DNA from: an uncultured Verrucomicrobiae bacterium | GTDB taxonomy: Bacteria > Verrucomicrobiota > Verrucomicrobiia > Chthoniobacterales > UBA10450 | Reading direction: 5' to 3' | NCBI GenBank assembly: GCA_963801815.1 | Contig: CAWDGJ010000003.1 | Span: forward strand, 416,001-480,000 | Length of the DNA stretch: 64,000 nucleotides | Part shown: positions 33,386 to 44,955 of the stretch, one piece after another | Layout: each line of letters opens with the position of its first letter | How positions within the stretch are numbered: position 1 is the first letter of the stretch | The notes under the pieces: generated by a model | What the model was told of the DNA's origin: nothing | The model's input: only the letters and a program-made list of their open reading frames with translations | Databases searched by the model: none | Translations under genes and position numbers: made by a program

Positions 33386-34318
33386 ATGAGCTTTCAATGC
33401 GCGGCCGAACAGGCTGCCTGGCGCGAGGTTAAGGAAGGTTGGCGTCCCCTTTACGGCGATGTCGATTCCATGGGTGTGGCCGTCGAATGGCACGACTTCC
33501 GGTTGGCGCGCTCGTTCAACTGGGGTCGCACGTTTCATCCGCGCAGTCTCGAGTTTTGTTTGAATCTCGAAGGCTACGGCGAAGTGGGAAGGGCCACGAA
33601 GGTCGGTTATGTGCCGGGAAATTCCGGTTACTACGCGGTCGGCGATGAGCCGCTGCCAGCATCGCGCCGCGCGAACGATCATCATCAATTCGCGACCCTC
33701 GAGTTTTCGCGAAATCATTTGCAAAAACAGCTCGTGGAAAACGAAAATGATCTCGAGCCGCAGATCCGCCGCGTGATTTTCGGCGGCAAGGACGACACGG
33801 TTGTCGGGCCGACGCGTCCGATGTCGATTGAACAACGAAACGTCGTGGCTAATCTGGCGAGCCCACCAGTTTCCAAAGCGGCGCAGATCCTTTGGTATCA
33901 GAGCAAGGCGCTGGAGCTGATGGCGCATTTTTTGTTCGAGCCGAAGGACCCGGAGTTTTTTTGCCAGCGACAAAAACGCGTCGCGCGGGAGCGAGTAGAG
34001 CGCGCGAAGGAGCTGCTCGCGCGCGATCTTGCGAATCCACTGACGTTGGAGGCGCTCGGCCAGGAAGTCGGTTGCAGTCCGTTTTATTTGAGTCGGATGT
34101 TTTCGCGCGAGCTTGGCCTGACGATTCCGCAATATTTGCGCAAGCTTCGGATGGAACGCGCCGCTGAATTGTTGCGTACCGGCCGTTACAACGTGACTGA
34201 AGCCGCGACCGAGGTTGGATATTCCAGCCTCAGCCATTTCAGCAAGGCGTTTTGCGAAACGATCGGCTGCTGTCCGGTGTTGTATCCGGCGGCGAAGAAC
34301 GTGATTGAGGATCGCTGA
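33386..34318 (+). CDS. AraC family transcriptional regulator
   Basis: C-terminal double HTH: LEALGQEVGCSPFYLSR...VTEAATEVGYSSLSHFSKAF. Confidence 0.92.
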   Translation: MSFQCAAEQAAWREVKEGWRPLYGDVDSMGVAVEWHDFRLARSFNWGRTFHPRSLEFCLNLEGYGEVGRATKVGYVPGNSGYYAVGDEPLPASRRANDHHQFATLEFSRNHLQKQLVENENDLEPQIRRVIFGGKDDTVVGPTRPMSIEQRNVVANLASPPVSKAAQILWYQSKALELMAHFLFEPKDPEFFCQRQKRVARERVERAKELLARDLANPLTLEALGQEVGCSPFYLSRMFSRELGLTIPQYLRKLRMERAAELLRTGRYNVTEAATEVGYSSLSHFSKAFCETIGCCPVLYPAAKNVIEDR

Positions 34319-34328
34319 CGCGATAACG

Positions 34329-34400
34329 CGTTGAAGGGTTTAAGGTTAAGGGGCTCTGGATTCTCACGCTTCAACGGTGTAACGCTTCAAGCTTTAACGA
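34329..34400. repeat. 8-nt GTTGAAG/CTTCAAC inverted array
   Basis: cgttgaagggtttaaggttaagg ... cgcttcaacggtgtaacgcttcaagctttaacga, just before the purH ATG. Confidence 0.7.
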
Positions 34401-34403
34401 CCC

Positions 34404-35927
34404 ATGAAAATTTCCCGCGCGCTCATCTCCGTTTCCGACAAGACCGGCATCGCAAAGTTTGCGCGCACGCTGGAGCGACAGGGCGTTGACATTATCTCTA
34501 CCGGTGGCACGGCCGAGCTGCTGCGAAAGGAAAAAATCCCGGTGCGCGAGATTTCCAGTTTCACAGCCTTTCCGGAGGTCCTGGAGGGCCGCGTGAAAAC
34601 TTTGCATCCCCGGGTGCACGGCGGCCTTCTTTACAAACGCGGCAACCCTAAACACGAAGCTGAAGCGAAAGAGTGCGGCTTCGAACCGATCGACATGGTG
34701 GTTGTGAATCTGTATCCGTTCGAGAAAACGATCCAAAAGCCCGATGTCACTCTTGCGGAAGCGATTGAGAACATCGACATCGGCGGTCCGTCAATGATTC
34801 GCAGTGCGGCGAAAAATTATGAGTCGGTCACGGTGGTGGTCGATCCTGCCGATTACGATGACGTTTTGGAAAACATGCGCGAGAGCGGCGGTGAAACGAC
34901 GCTGAAATTGCGCGAGCATCTCGCAATCAAGGCGTTTATCAAAACGTCCGATTACGATCGCGCGATCGGCAATTATCTAAATCGCGCGCAGATCACCGAA
35001 GCATCGTTCTCACTTTCGTTGCCACTGGTCTCGAAGTTACGCTACGGCGAAAACCCGCACCAGCAGGCCGCGCTCTATGGCGATTTCGACCGTCATTTCG
35101 AGAAACTTCATGGCAAAGAGCTTTCGTTTAACAACATCCTCGACATTAGTGCGGCAACGAATCTGATCGCGGAGTTCTCTCAGCCGACCGTTGCGATCCT
35201 AAAACACACCAACCCGTGTGGCATCGGTTCCGATGCGGATCTGCGCAAAGCTTGGGAGAAGGCGTTTGCGACCGACAAGCAGGCGCCGTTTGGCGGAATC
35301 ATCGTTTGCAATCGAGCTATCAGCGAAGCGCTGGCGAAAACCATCAGTGAAATTTTTTCCGAAGTGATCATCGCCCCCGATTTTGACACAGAAGCGCGCT
35401 CGCTCCTGCAAAAGAAGAAAAATCTTCGGTTAATTCGGCTGGCCACATCCGCCGCCGAAGCACGGCCGACTGTCGATCTCCGGTCGGTTTGCGGCGGCGT
35501 GCTGGTTCAGGATTCCGACATTGCGATCGACAACCCGGAGCAAGTGGTGACCAAACGGCGGCCCACGAAGAAGGAAATGGAAGCGATGTTGTTCGGCTGG
35601 CGCGTTGTCAAACATGTGAAATCGAACGCGATCGTTTATGCCGGGGCCGATCGCACTCTCGGCATCGGCGCCGGGCAAATGTCGCGCGTGGACGCGTCGC
35701 GCATTGCGATTTGGAAAGCAGAAGAGGCGGGGCTTTCGCTGAAAGGCAGTGCGGTCGCCAGCGACGCGTTCTTCCCATTTCCCGATGGACTGATTGCCGC
35801 GGCCGATGCAGGCGCAAGCTGCGCGATTCAGCCCGGCGGTTCAGTGCGCGACAACGAAGTCATCGCGGCGGCGGACGAGCGCAAAATGGCGATGATCTTC
35901 ACCGGCGTCCGACACTTCCGTCACTAA
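34404..35927 (+). CDS. purH: Bifunctional AICAR formyltransferase/IMP cyclohydrolase
   Basis: [27 protein letters not shown] and TGVRHFRH motifs. Confidence 0.97.
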   Translation: MKISRALISVSDKTGIAKFARTLERQGVDIISTGGTAELLRKEKIPVREISSFTAFPEVLEGRVKTLHPRVHGGLLYKRGNPKHEAEAKECGFEPIDMVVVNLYPFEKTIQKPDVTLAEAIENIDIGGPSMIRSAAKNYESVTVVVDPADYDDVLENMRESGGETTLKLREHLAIKAFIKTSDYDRAIGNYLNRAQITEASFSLSLPLVSKLRYGENPHQQAALYGDFDRHFEKLHGKELSFNNILDISAATNLIAEFSQPTVAILKHTNPCGIGSDADLRKAWEKAFATDKQAPFGGIIVCNRAISEALAKTISEIFSEVIIAPDFDTEARSLLQKKKNLRLIRLATSAAEARPTVDLRSVCGGVLVQDSDIAIDNPEQVVTKRRPTKKEMEAMLFGWRVVKHVKSNAIVYAGADRTLGIGAGQMSRVDASRIAIWKAEEAGLSLKGSAVASDAFFPFPDGLIAAADAGASCAIQPGGSVRDNEVIAAADERKMAMIFTGVRHFRH

Positions 35928-35936
35928 GCGTGACGG

Positions 35937-36097
35937 AAGCCCCAAATCCCAGGCACCAAATCCCAAACCTTTCGCTACGAAAGGAAATCCCAAGCCTCAA
36001 CTTCCAAGACCCAAACAAGCTCCAAATCAGAATGTCCAAAACAACTTTGGGATTTAGAACTTGGGACTTGGAGATTTGTTTGGAATTTGGGATTTCG
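35937..36097. repeat. Heptamer AATCCCA/TTGGGAT inverted array between convergent genes
   Basis: ccaaatcccaggcaccaaatcccaa...caaacaagctccaaa ... tttgggatttagaacttgggacttggagatttgtttggaatttgggattt. Confidence 0.8.
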
Positions 36098-36104
36098 TTT
36101 CAGC

Positions 36105-37211
36105 CTACGGCTGAAACGTGACCGGTACCATCACGGTCCATTCGGTCGACCCCGGCTCGGCCCGCCATTGACGCAATCCGCCAATCGCAGCCTGGTCTAG
36201 AATCGGTTGTCCGGTTGATTCGACCGTCTGCACGCTTTTCACCACTCCGTTCAAGTCGAACGTGACTCGATACCTTCCGCTGCCGCGGTTTGGTCCGATA
36301 CGGATCGATCGCGCTTCAGGCGGGTATCTAGGCGCCGGGTTAAAAAGAACTCGTCGCGCAACACGCGGCATCGGTGTCGGCGTGGGTGATTCATTGGGCG
36401 CGGCGGCCCAGCGACCGCTTGCTGCCGGTTTCGCCTGGGCCAATAGCGGATCGAGCAAGCCGGTCGGCTCTACCGCGTTCTTGCCGCCCGCAGTTACGAT
36501 TCCAACCACTTCGCCCTGATCATCGACAACCGGTGCACCTGTCGCGTCGTTCGGAATGGATCCACCAATTTCAAACGCGTCTTTCATCGGGTTCTGTCCT
36601 CGCGAAGAAATTTTGCCGGCAGCGATCGGCTGTTCCTTGTGTTGGAGCGAACTACCGACGACGACGGCCAAGACGCCGACGGCGACCGATTCGGAAGTCT
36701 TGGCCAGCGGCAGAAACGACACGCCGATTTTTGTCTCCGCGCGTAGCACCGCGAGACCGGATTCAGTGGACGAGGCAATGATGCCGGTGACGTTGCGGAT
36801 TTTTCCGTCACTTGTCTTGGCGACGCCGTAAGCGCCGTCCGCCACAACAGGCAAACTCGTGACCAGCAAACCATCCCGCGAAATGAAGAAGGCGTTGCCG
36901 GACCGGAGCAATTGTCCTTTTGCATCGAACACCGTGAGCTCAACGACCGCCGGGTCGACTTTGTGCACAACCTTCGCGAATTCCGGTGGCAACACGATCG
37001 GCGTCGGAGTTGGCGTTTGGGTGGCAAATGCCGACGCGGCCACGCTTGTCGTCGCGTTCGGAGTCGCCGACGGTGGCGCCGTCGTCGGCTCGGGCGTCGA
37101 CGTTGGAGCAACCAATGTGCTCTGCTGCGGCGGATTTCGTCCGCACCAGGAGTAGGCCAGGATAATGACCAGCGCTGCTCCACAGACGAGGGCGAGCGTG
37201 GACTGTCTCAT
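36105..37211 (-). CDS. Trypsin-like (degenerate) domain fused to TonB C-terminal domain
   Basis: Pro/Thr linker, SGNAFFISRDGLLVT, GAPVVDDQGEVVGI; C-terminal PAPRYPPEAR...STGQPILDQAA..W...VPVTF. Confidence 0.8.
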   Translation of the reverse strand: MRQSTLALVCGAALVIILAYSWCGRNPPQQSTLVAPTSTPEPTTAPPSATPNATTSVAASAFATQTPTPTPIVLPPEFAKVVHKVDPAVVELTVFDAKGQLLRSGNAFFISRDGLLVTSLPVVADGAYGVAKTSDGKIRNVTGIIASSTESGLAVLRAETKIGVSFLPLAKTSESVAVGVLAVVVGSSLQHKEQPIAAGKISSRGQNPMKDAFEIGGSIPNDATGAPVVDDQGEVVGIVTAGGKNAVEPTGLLDPLLAQAKPAASGRWAAAPNESPTPTPMPRVARRVLFNPAPRYPPEARSIRIGPNRGSGRYRVTFDLNGVVKSVQTVESTGQPILDQAAIGGLRQWRAEPGSTEWTVMVPVTFQP

Positions 37212-37256
37212 TCGCGGTCTTTCACCATCATCTTCTTCGTTCTTGTCCGCGAATCC

Positions 37257-37457
37257 TTACGACGACGCGGCTGATAATCGCCAAAGCCAAATGCAAAGTA
37301 CGGCACCGACGATTAACCCGACCCAGCTGAGACCCATCGGAATAGTCTGACTACCAACCATCACCACCGTGTGTTTAAACAGCCGGACGATGTGAAAGAT
37401 CGCGACAATTCCAAAAATCACTGATGCAACGCGCAAACCTGTTCGTTGTGAGTTCAT
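37257..37457 (-). CDS. Small 2-TM membrane protein
   Basis: MNSQRTGLRVASVIFGIVAIFHIVRL followed by a second hydrophobic helix. Confidence 0.7.
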   Translation of the reverse strand: MNSQRTGLRVASVIFGIVAIFHIVRLFKHTVVMVGSQTIPMGLSWVGLIVGAVLCIWLWRLSAASS

Positions 37458-37559
37458 GCTCACATTTTCACATGTCGGTCTTCCGTTTGTCAGCAAGAAA
37501 ACCCTTGTCACGCCGCGGCCTTGGCGGAGGCGGACGGCGATTACCAATCCGCCGAACGT

Positions 37560-38081
37560 TTAAGCTACGGTTCTTCCGCGAAAAGCTGTCGCTTGCACAA
37601 TGATTCCGATCGCGGCCAGTCCCACGAAGAGAATCGTGGTCCCGACCGGCGGCAAAACGATCGTGTGACAGATCAAATAAGCTCCCACCACAGCCGACAT
37701 CACGATCAACGCCCAATTGAATACCGCCAGCAACAGAATAGCGCCGATAATTCCGCCGATGATGAACGTGATGCCCGGATAACGCGCGCCTTCCGCGATA
37801 AACGCCGTGACCAACGCCATCGCAAGTTTGCCGCCGGCGAGAAAACCGGCGATCGCGATGGCAATTTTTTGCAGAAACAGCGCGAGCAACGCGCCGATGA
37901 ATCCAAATACGAGCGCAATGCTCAGTTGGAGCATTTGAGTCGGCTCATGCATCAAATGTGGTGCGAATTCCACGCCTGCTGCAAACCCAACCGCGGCCAC
38001 GCAGAGCCAAAAGATCTTTCGGCCGAAAAATAAAATGATCGCGCCGATCAGAACGCTGAGGATTGGAATCGGCAAGTTCAT
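37560..38081 (-). CDS. DUF4203-like membrane protein
   Basis: FFGRKIFWL..GFAAG and Gly-rich TM helices. Confidence 0.75.
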   Translation of the reverse strand: MNLPIPILSVLIGAIILFFGRKIFWLCVAAVGFAAGVEFAPHLMHEPTQMLQLSIALVFGFIGALLALFLQKIAIAIAGFLAGGKLAMALVTAFIAEGARYPGITFIIGGIIGAILLLAVFNWALIVMSAVVGAYLICHTIVLPPVGTTILFVGLAAIGIIVQATAFRGRTVA

Positions 38082-38094
38082 CTTTCTGATTCTG

Positions 38095-38229
38095 CAAATT
38101 CGAAATCCGAATGTCGAATATCGAAACAATATCGAAATACCCGAGCTGCAAATTTAAAACGATCAGCTTCGTTTGAACATTTGAGTCTTTAAAATTGTTT
38201 CGGAATTCGGGTTTCGAACTTCGGATTTA
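38095..38229. repeat. TCGAAACAA heptamer inverted array
   Basis: ttcgaaatccgaatgtcgaatatcgaaacaa ... ttgtttcggaattcgggtttcgaacttcggattt. Confidence 0.85.
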
Positions 38230-38281
38230 GAGACAAACTCCGAAACACTTTTACCATGATTTTTGATACCACCCAGCCCGC

Positions 38282-39013
38282 TCAACGTGAATACCACCCA
38301 GATAAATCCTGTCCGATCAGCTTCTCCGTTTCTTTGATGTCGAAATAAAACGTCTCGATCAAGCGGGATCGAAGCTGACTGTCGATTTGGATCGAATATT
38401 CGTGCTCGAAAACGCTCGCTTCTGGCGGAAGGAACGAAGAATCGACGCCGAGAAATTGAAAAACGCGCCGCAACGTTTTCTTGTGATCCTTTCGAAGGTC
38501 TTCATTCAAAAGAATCAGGCAGTTAGCTGGGCCGAAGATGTTGAACAAACGCCGGACCTGGTGCGCGTAAAAGCCACGATCGATGTAGGAATAGACGCGA
38601 TGCTGCAACGGCAACGCGGTGCGACAGCGCTCCGGTTCTTTCTCGATCGCTTCGGCGAATGGTAATTTCTCATGGTCGCGTTTCGTTTCCATGTTCCAGG
38701 CCGAGAACGCGCGCTCGACCGGGTTCCGCAGCGCGAGGATCCATTTCATCTTCGGATTGTATTTCCAGATCCGATACGGCGCGGTTTCCCAATACATGTA
38801 GATCGGGCTCGCTTCACCGATCACGCGATGCTGCTTCTTGGGCTTAAAATTCCGGTGATACTTCTTGTAATCGCGGTTCTCCTCCTCGCGATCGAAGAAA
38901 TGCAGCTCCTTGCGCGTGGTCGGCATGCAAATCTCCGGATGCTGCCGCAAAAACGAATCCAGCGCCGAGGTCCCGCCCTTCTGCGTCCCGCCGATCACAA
39001 AATCAACTCGCAT
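38282..39013 (-). CDS. PAPS-dependent sulfotransferase
   Basis: 5'-PSB IGGTQKGGTS, KELHFFD, GEASPIY and 3'-PB LRNPVERAFS motifs. Confidence 0.92.
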   Translation of the reverse strand: MRVDFVIGGTQKGGTSALDSFLRQHPEICMPTTRKELHFFDREEENRDYKKYHRNFKPKKQHRVIGEASPIYMYWETAPYRIWKYNPKMKWILALRNPVERAFSAWNMETKRDHEKLPFAEAIEKEPERCRTALPLQHRVYSYIDRGFYAHQVRRLFNIFGPANCLILLNEDLRKDHKKTLRRVFQFLGVDSSFLPPEASVFEHEYSIQIDSQLRSRLIETFYFDIKETEKLIGQDLSGWYSR

Positions 39014-39029
39014 GTTCTGTTCTCTATTC

Positions 39030-39332
39030 TGTCATTCCGAGCGAAGTCGAGGAATCTCTGACTATTTCTGTTTTGGGAACGCAGGCAGCACGGAAACATT
39101 CAGAGATGTTTCGACTTCGCTCAACATGACAATGAGAAGCGTTGTAGCGGCGTTTGTTCTCAAACGCCGATCTAAATAAACAGGCGCTTGGCACAAGCGC
39201 CTCTACAATATTCCTGTCATATCGAGCGAAGCCGAGACATCTCCAAATATTTTTGTAGGTAGGGGCGATTGCCCTCAATCGCCCGCGGGCGGTTTGGTGA
39301 ACCGCTCCTACCTCGTCACGGCGTCTCTACAA
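39030..39332. repeat. Stack of REP-like modules: GTCAT doublet, GTAG doublet, GTCAT half, GTAG doublet, GTAG half
   Basis: Modules at 39030-39131, 39142-39208, 39215-39243, 39258-39312 and 39313-39332; the last supplies the dgkA stop. Confidence 0.88.
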
Positions 39333-39730
39333 CCCGAATTGGCTTGCGACGTGCGGCCAAAATACGATACCGCCGATAATCGCAGCAGCGATTGCAGTGA
39401 CAAGCACGGCTCCAGCGGCGACATCTTTCGCATCGCGCACGATCGAAGAAAAATTTGGAGACGCGGCATCGGCCAGAAACTCAAAAGCGGTGTTGAGTGC
39501 TTCCGCCGTCCACACAATTGCTATTGCGAGCACAATCCAGCACCATTCGTCGCGCGAGAGTTGAAGGAAAACTCCCAGAACAATTGCCGCCACTGTCGCC
39601 GTCGCATGAATCCAAGCGTTGTGCTGGCATCGAATCATTCGCAACAAACCAACGATCGCGTATTTGAAGCTTCGAAAGCGCCCCGTGAATTCAAATGGGC
39701 GGGATTGGGTGGTGTTTTCGTGAGCTTCTT

Positions 39731-39734
<4 letters not shown>
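39327..39734 (-). CDS. dgkA: Diacylglycerol/undecaprenol kinase (DgkA family)
   Basis: EALNTAFE and AKDVAAGAV motifs. Confidence 0.9.
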
Positions 39735-41410
<1,676 letters not shown>

Positions 41411-41420
41411 AACGAGAAGA

Positions 41421-41488
41421 GTTGTAGCGGTGCTTGTATCAAGCACCGAACTAAAAAGATAGGCACTTGGCACAAGCGCCTCTACAAC
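41421..41488. repeat. TTGTAG...CTACAA REP doublet
   Basis: gttgtagcggtgcttgtatcaagcaccg ... ggcacttggcacaagcgcctctacaac; homologous to 39142 and 22051. Confidence 0.88.
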
Positions 41489-41493
41489 AAAAA

Positions 41494-43645
41494 CTAACGT
41501 GCTTCCTTCGACGGGGCCATGGCTACCTTCTTTTTGTCATCGCCGCCTTTGACGCCGATCTTTTTCAGGAACGGCTCAACCGATTGCTTTCGACCGAGGA
41601 ATTTCTCGATCGACACCGCGACGTCACGACCGTCGCCTTGTTCGTAGATTTCTTTGCGCAGTTTCATGCCGGCTTGTTTGTCGAGATATCCTTGCGGCGC
41701 TTTTTCGAACACGGTTGCCATGTCGGCAGCGATAGCGTCTGCCCAGGCGTAACCGTAGTAGCCGGCGTCGTAGCCGTTCATGTGACCGAAATAAGTCACC
41801 ATGGTGGTGCTCGGCTCAATCGGCAGAAAAACCTTCTCGAGAACCGGATTGGAAATGTCAACGCAATCCCATTGCCCAGTTTCAGGATGCGCATCGTGCA
41901 TGGCGAGATCAAGGCTCGCAAAAGCGAATTGGCGCCGATAAAAAACGCCGGCGGTAGCCTTCTTCGCGTCATTCATCTTTTTGATAATGTCCGCAGGAAT
42001 TTTTTTGGACGGATCGCGATAATCAGCGGCGAAAGTATCGAGCACTTTCTTGTCCCAAATCCAGTTTTGCAGCATCTGCGACGGCGCTTCCACGAAATCA
42101 CCGGGCACATGGGTCCCGCCAAAACGTCCATATTTAGCGCGGGTAGTGATTTCATGCAGGCAATGCCCGAATTCATGGAACAGCGTTTCCACGTCCTGAT
42201 GGGTCATCAATGACGGCTTGTCAGCGCTCGGCGGCGGGAAATTGCAAAGCAACGCGCAGACGGGACGTTGATATTTTCCATCGGCCAGTTGTTTGCCACT
42301 GATGATCCCGAATTCGGCAAAGTGGTTGAACTTTCCTTCGCGCGGAAACATGTCGAGATAAAACATTCCGAGCGGTTCGCCGGTCGCGGCGTCGGTCACC
42401 ATGTAAAGCTGGAGATCGTCGATCCATTTGTAGGGCGCGTCGATTTTTTCAAACTTCAGGCCGAAGATGCTCTGGTAGATGTTGAACATGCCTTCGAGCA
42501 CTTTCTGGAATGGGAAAAAATCCCGGAGCGCTTCCTTGTCGACCGTGTATTTCTGTTTCACGAGCTGGTTGTCGTAGTAACGCCAGTCCCAGACGCCAAT
42601 CTTCGCGTTCGCATCGTGCGTGTCGGCCGCCTTCATCTTTTGAAGCTCGGCGACCTCGGCGGCGAACTTTGGCTGAATTCCAGAGATCAAATCGTTGATG
42701 TATTTTTTCGCGCCGGCTCCGGTCTTGGCCATTTTGACTTCGGTCTGATAATCGTCCCACGACTTGTAACCGAGCCGGAGCGCGATCTTGTTCCGCAGCG
42801 CGATCATTTGATTGAGCACGGTACGGTTGGTGTCTTTGGCGAGCGAATCGTGGATCACGTAGAGCTTCTTGCGGGTCGCTTCGCTCCTGGCGTTTTCCTC
42901 AACCGTCACGAACTGCCAGGTGACATTCGGCATTACGGTGTAGGCGTCGTCGCCGGTCTTGACGCCGGGCGAAGAGAAGAAACTATCCGGCACGCCGTCG
43001 AGCTCGACCTTCGTGAAGACGACGGGCACCTTTGCGTTCACTATGTTGGTGTCGAAGTCGGTGCCGAGACTCGCCAGTTGCTTACGCAAGTCTTCGACTT
43101 CTTTGCGTTTGTCGGGCGGCCAGTGCCAGACCGGCGCGCCGATAATCGCGCATGGTTTCGTCGAAAAGCTTTTTGTCTTCGCCCGAGAGTTTGGGTTTGG
43201 TGTCGGCGAACGCTTTCAGCGCTTTATAAACGTCCTCGCGATAATCAATGCCGACGGCCCAGTCCTGAAAGATCTTCACCGCGTTCTCGGCTGCATCGCG
43301 CACTTTCGGATCGGTATTCGATTCTTTGATCACCACGGCCCGGCTCGCGGTATTGGCTGCTGCCCAGGTGAGATCATCGAGCGCAACGACGGTGCTCTTG
43401 AATGTGACTTTGCTTAAATCCTGTTTACCGATCTCGTCGAGCGCCTTGTTCGCGGTGTCGATCGCGTTTTTCATCATCGCGTCGACGGCTTCGGGAGTGT
43501 GCTCCCAATCGGGTAGCGTCAGGACAGCGTTTGCTTTAGCTGCTGCCGCGCTGAAATCGTTCACGGTCTTCAGATTTTGAGCGCGAAGATCGATGATTCC
43601 ACTAGCGAACAAAACAATCGGAAAAAGGAGCGAAGTCGTTTTCAT
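41494..43645 (-). CDS. M3 family (thimet oligopeptidase-like) peptidase with signal peptide (apparent indel near 43120)
   Basis: YLDMFPREGK, FHEFGH, DFVEAPSQMLQ and YYGYAW motifs. Confidence 0.92.
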
Positions 43646-43668
43646 AAATTTCGTTCTGACCTTAAGAG

Positions 43669-43747
43669 GCCACAGATTTACACAGATTTGCACGGATGAC
43701 AGACGGAATTTTGCTGAATCTCTATTTTATCTGTGTTCATCTGTGGC
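43669..43747. repeat. 10-nt CACAGATTTA / ATCTGTG inverted array
   Basis: gccacagatttacacagatttgcacggat ... atctgtgttcatctgtggc. Confidence 0.85.
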
Positions 43748-43750
43748 GAG

Positions 43751-44326
43751 ATGATTCAAAAGTTCTTGCTCGCATTCATTCCCGTATTTGTGGCGATCGA
43801 TCCGATCGGACTGGTCGCGATTTTCATGGGACTCGGCACCAGCGCGTCGCACGAGCATCGCAAACATCAGGCGTTGCTCGGACTGCTGACCGGCGGTGCT
43901 GGTGGCGATCGGGTTCATTTTTCTCGGCAAGGGGATCTTCGCCGCCCTTGGAATCACAGTGGCTGATTTTCAGGTCGCGGGCGGATTGATCCTGCTGGCG
44001 CTGGCGGTGCGTGAGCTGGTCGGCTTCGGTCGCGCCGATCGCGAATACCGACAACGAATTTGGTGTTGTTCCGCTAGGCATGCCATTAATCGCCGGCCCC
44101 GCGCTTGTTGACCGCGCTGCTAATTTTGATCGACAGCGTCGGCGTCGTGTTCACGTTGCTGTCGCTGATCGCGAATCTATTGATTGTCGCGATCGCGCTT
44201 TGCAACGCGGAGCGATTCGCGCGCTTGATGGGCCGGCAGGGATTGCGCGGCGTATCGAAAATCATCGCGCTATTGCTGGCGGCGATCGCGATCAGCCTGA
44301 TCCGCCGCGGCTGGCAAACCCACTAG
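43751..44326 (+). CDS. MarC family protein (several apparent indels)
   Basis: FVAIDPIG, FQVAGGLIL and VPLGMPLIAGPA motifs in successive frames. Confidence 0.85.
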
Positions 44327-44402
44327 ATTGGTTCGGACTCTTCACCCAATGCTCTCCTCGAATGACGAGGAGAGCGATCAAACCCGTGAACCAAGCCTGC
44401 GA

Positions 44403-44783
44403 TTACGGATGCTGCTGGCCCGGCATCGCGCGTTTCAGCTCGGCTTTCTTGTCGCCGGCCTGGTAGCGTCGATTCAGCTCACCCTCGATCGCGTAGATCT
44501 CGTTCTGCTGATCGGAGAAGGCTTCGCCTCCATGGTGAATGAATACGGGCACTCCCTGGCGTTCCGGTATGCTTGTTTGTCTCTGCGGAATTTGGCGATA
44601 GAGGTCGAGCCTGCGTTGCTGCAACGCGGCTGTCGTCCATTTGCGATATGGCGAATTCTCCGGCGAATAAGAGCCCGGCCCGGTTGTTTTTGGACCGACC
44701 GGCTGTCCATTGCCAGGTGTCCCCTGGCCGTAAGCAGAGCCAACGAGAACTGCGGCGATTGCGACTGCGAGTAACGTTTTCAT
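44403..44783 (-). CDS. Small secreted hypothetical protein
   Basis: Signal peptide MKTLLAVAIAAVLVGSAYG. Confidence 0.65.
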   Translation of the reverse strand: MKTLLAVAIAAVLVGSAYGQGTPGNGQPVGPKTTGPGSYSPENSPYRKWTTAALQQRRLDLYRQIPQRQTSIPERQGVPVFIHHGGEAFSDQQNEIYAIEGELNRRYQAGDKKAELKRAMPGQQHP

Positions 44784-44917
44784 AGTCTTTATATTAGGTT
44801 CGTTTCTTCTAGGAGCAAAAGGTTCAAACATTTAACCGCGGGCGGTGCCTTACGTTGCGGAAGATTTGCTCGCTTTTGCAATAGATTCGGCTCTATTTCC
44901 GTCAAACCATCTGCTGG

Positions 44918-44945
44918 TTGACACGCTTAGGAGCGTTGTTAACGT
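44918..44945 (+). promoter_or_regulatory. Putative sigma70 promoter of hpnH
   Basis: TTGACA-16-TAACGT with an extended -10 TG, ending 10 nt before the ATG. Confidence 0.5.
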
Positions 44946-44955
44946 CCACGCCCTT

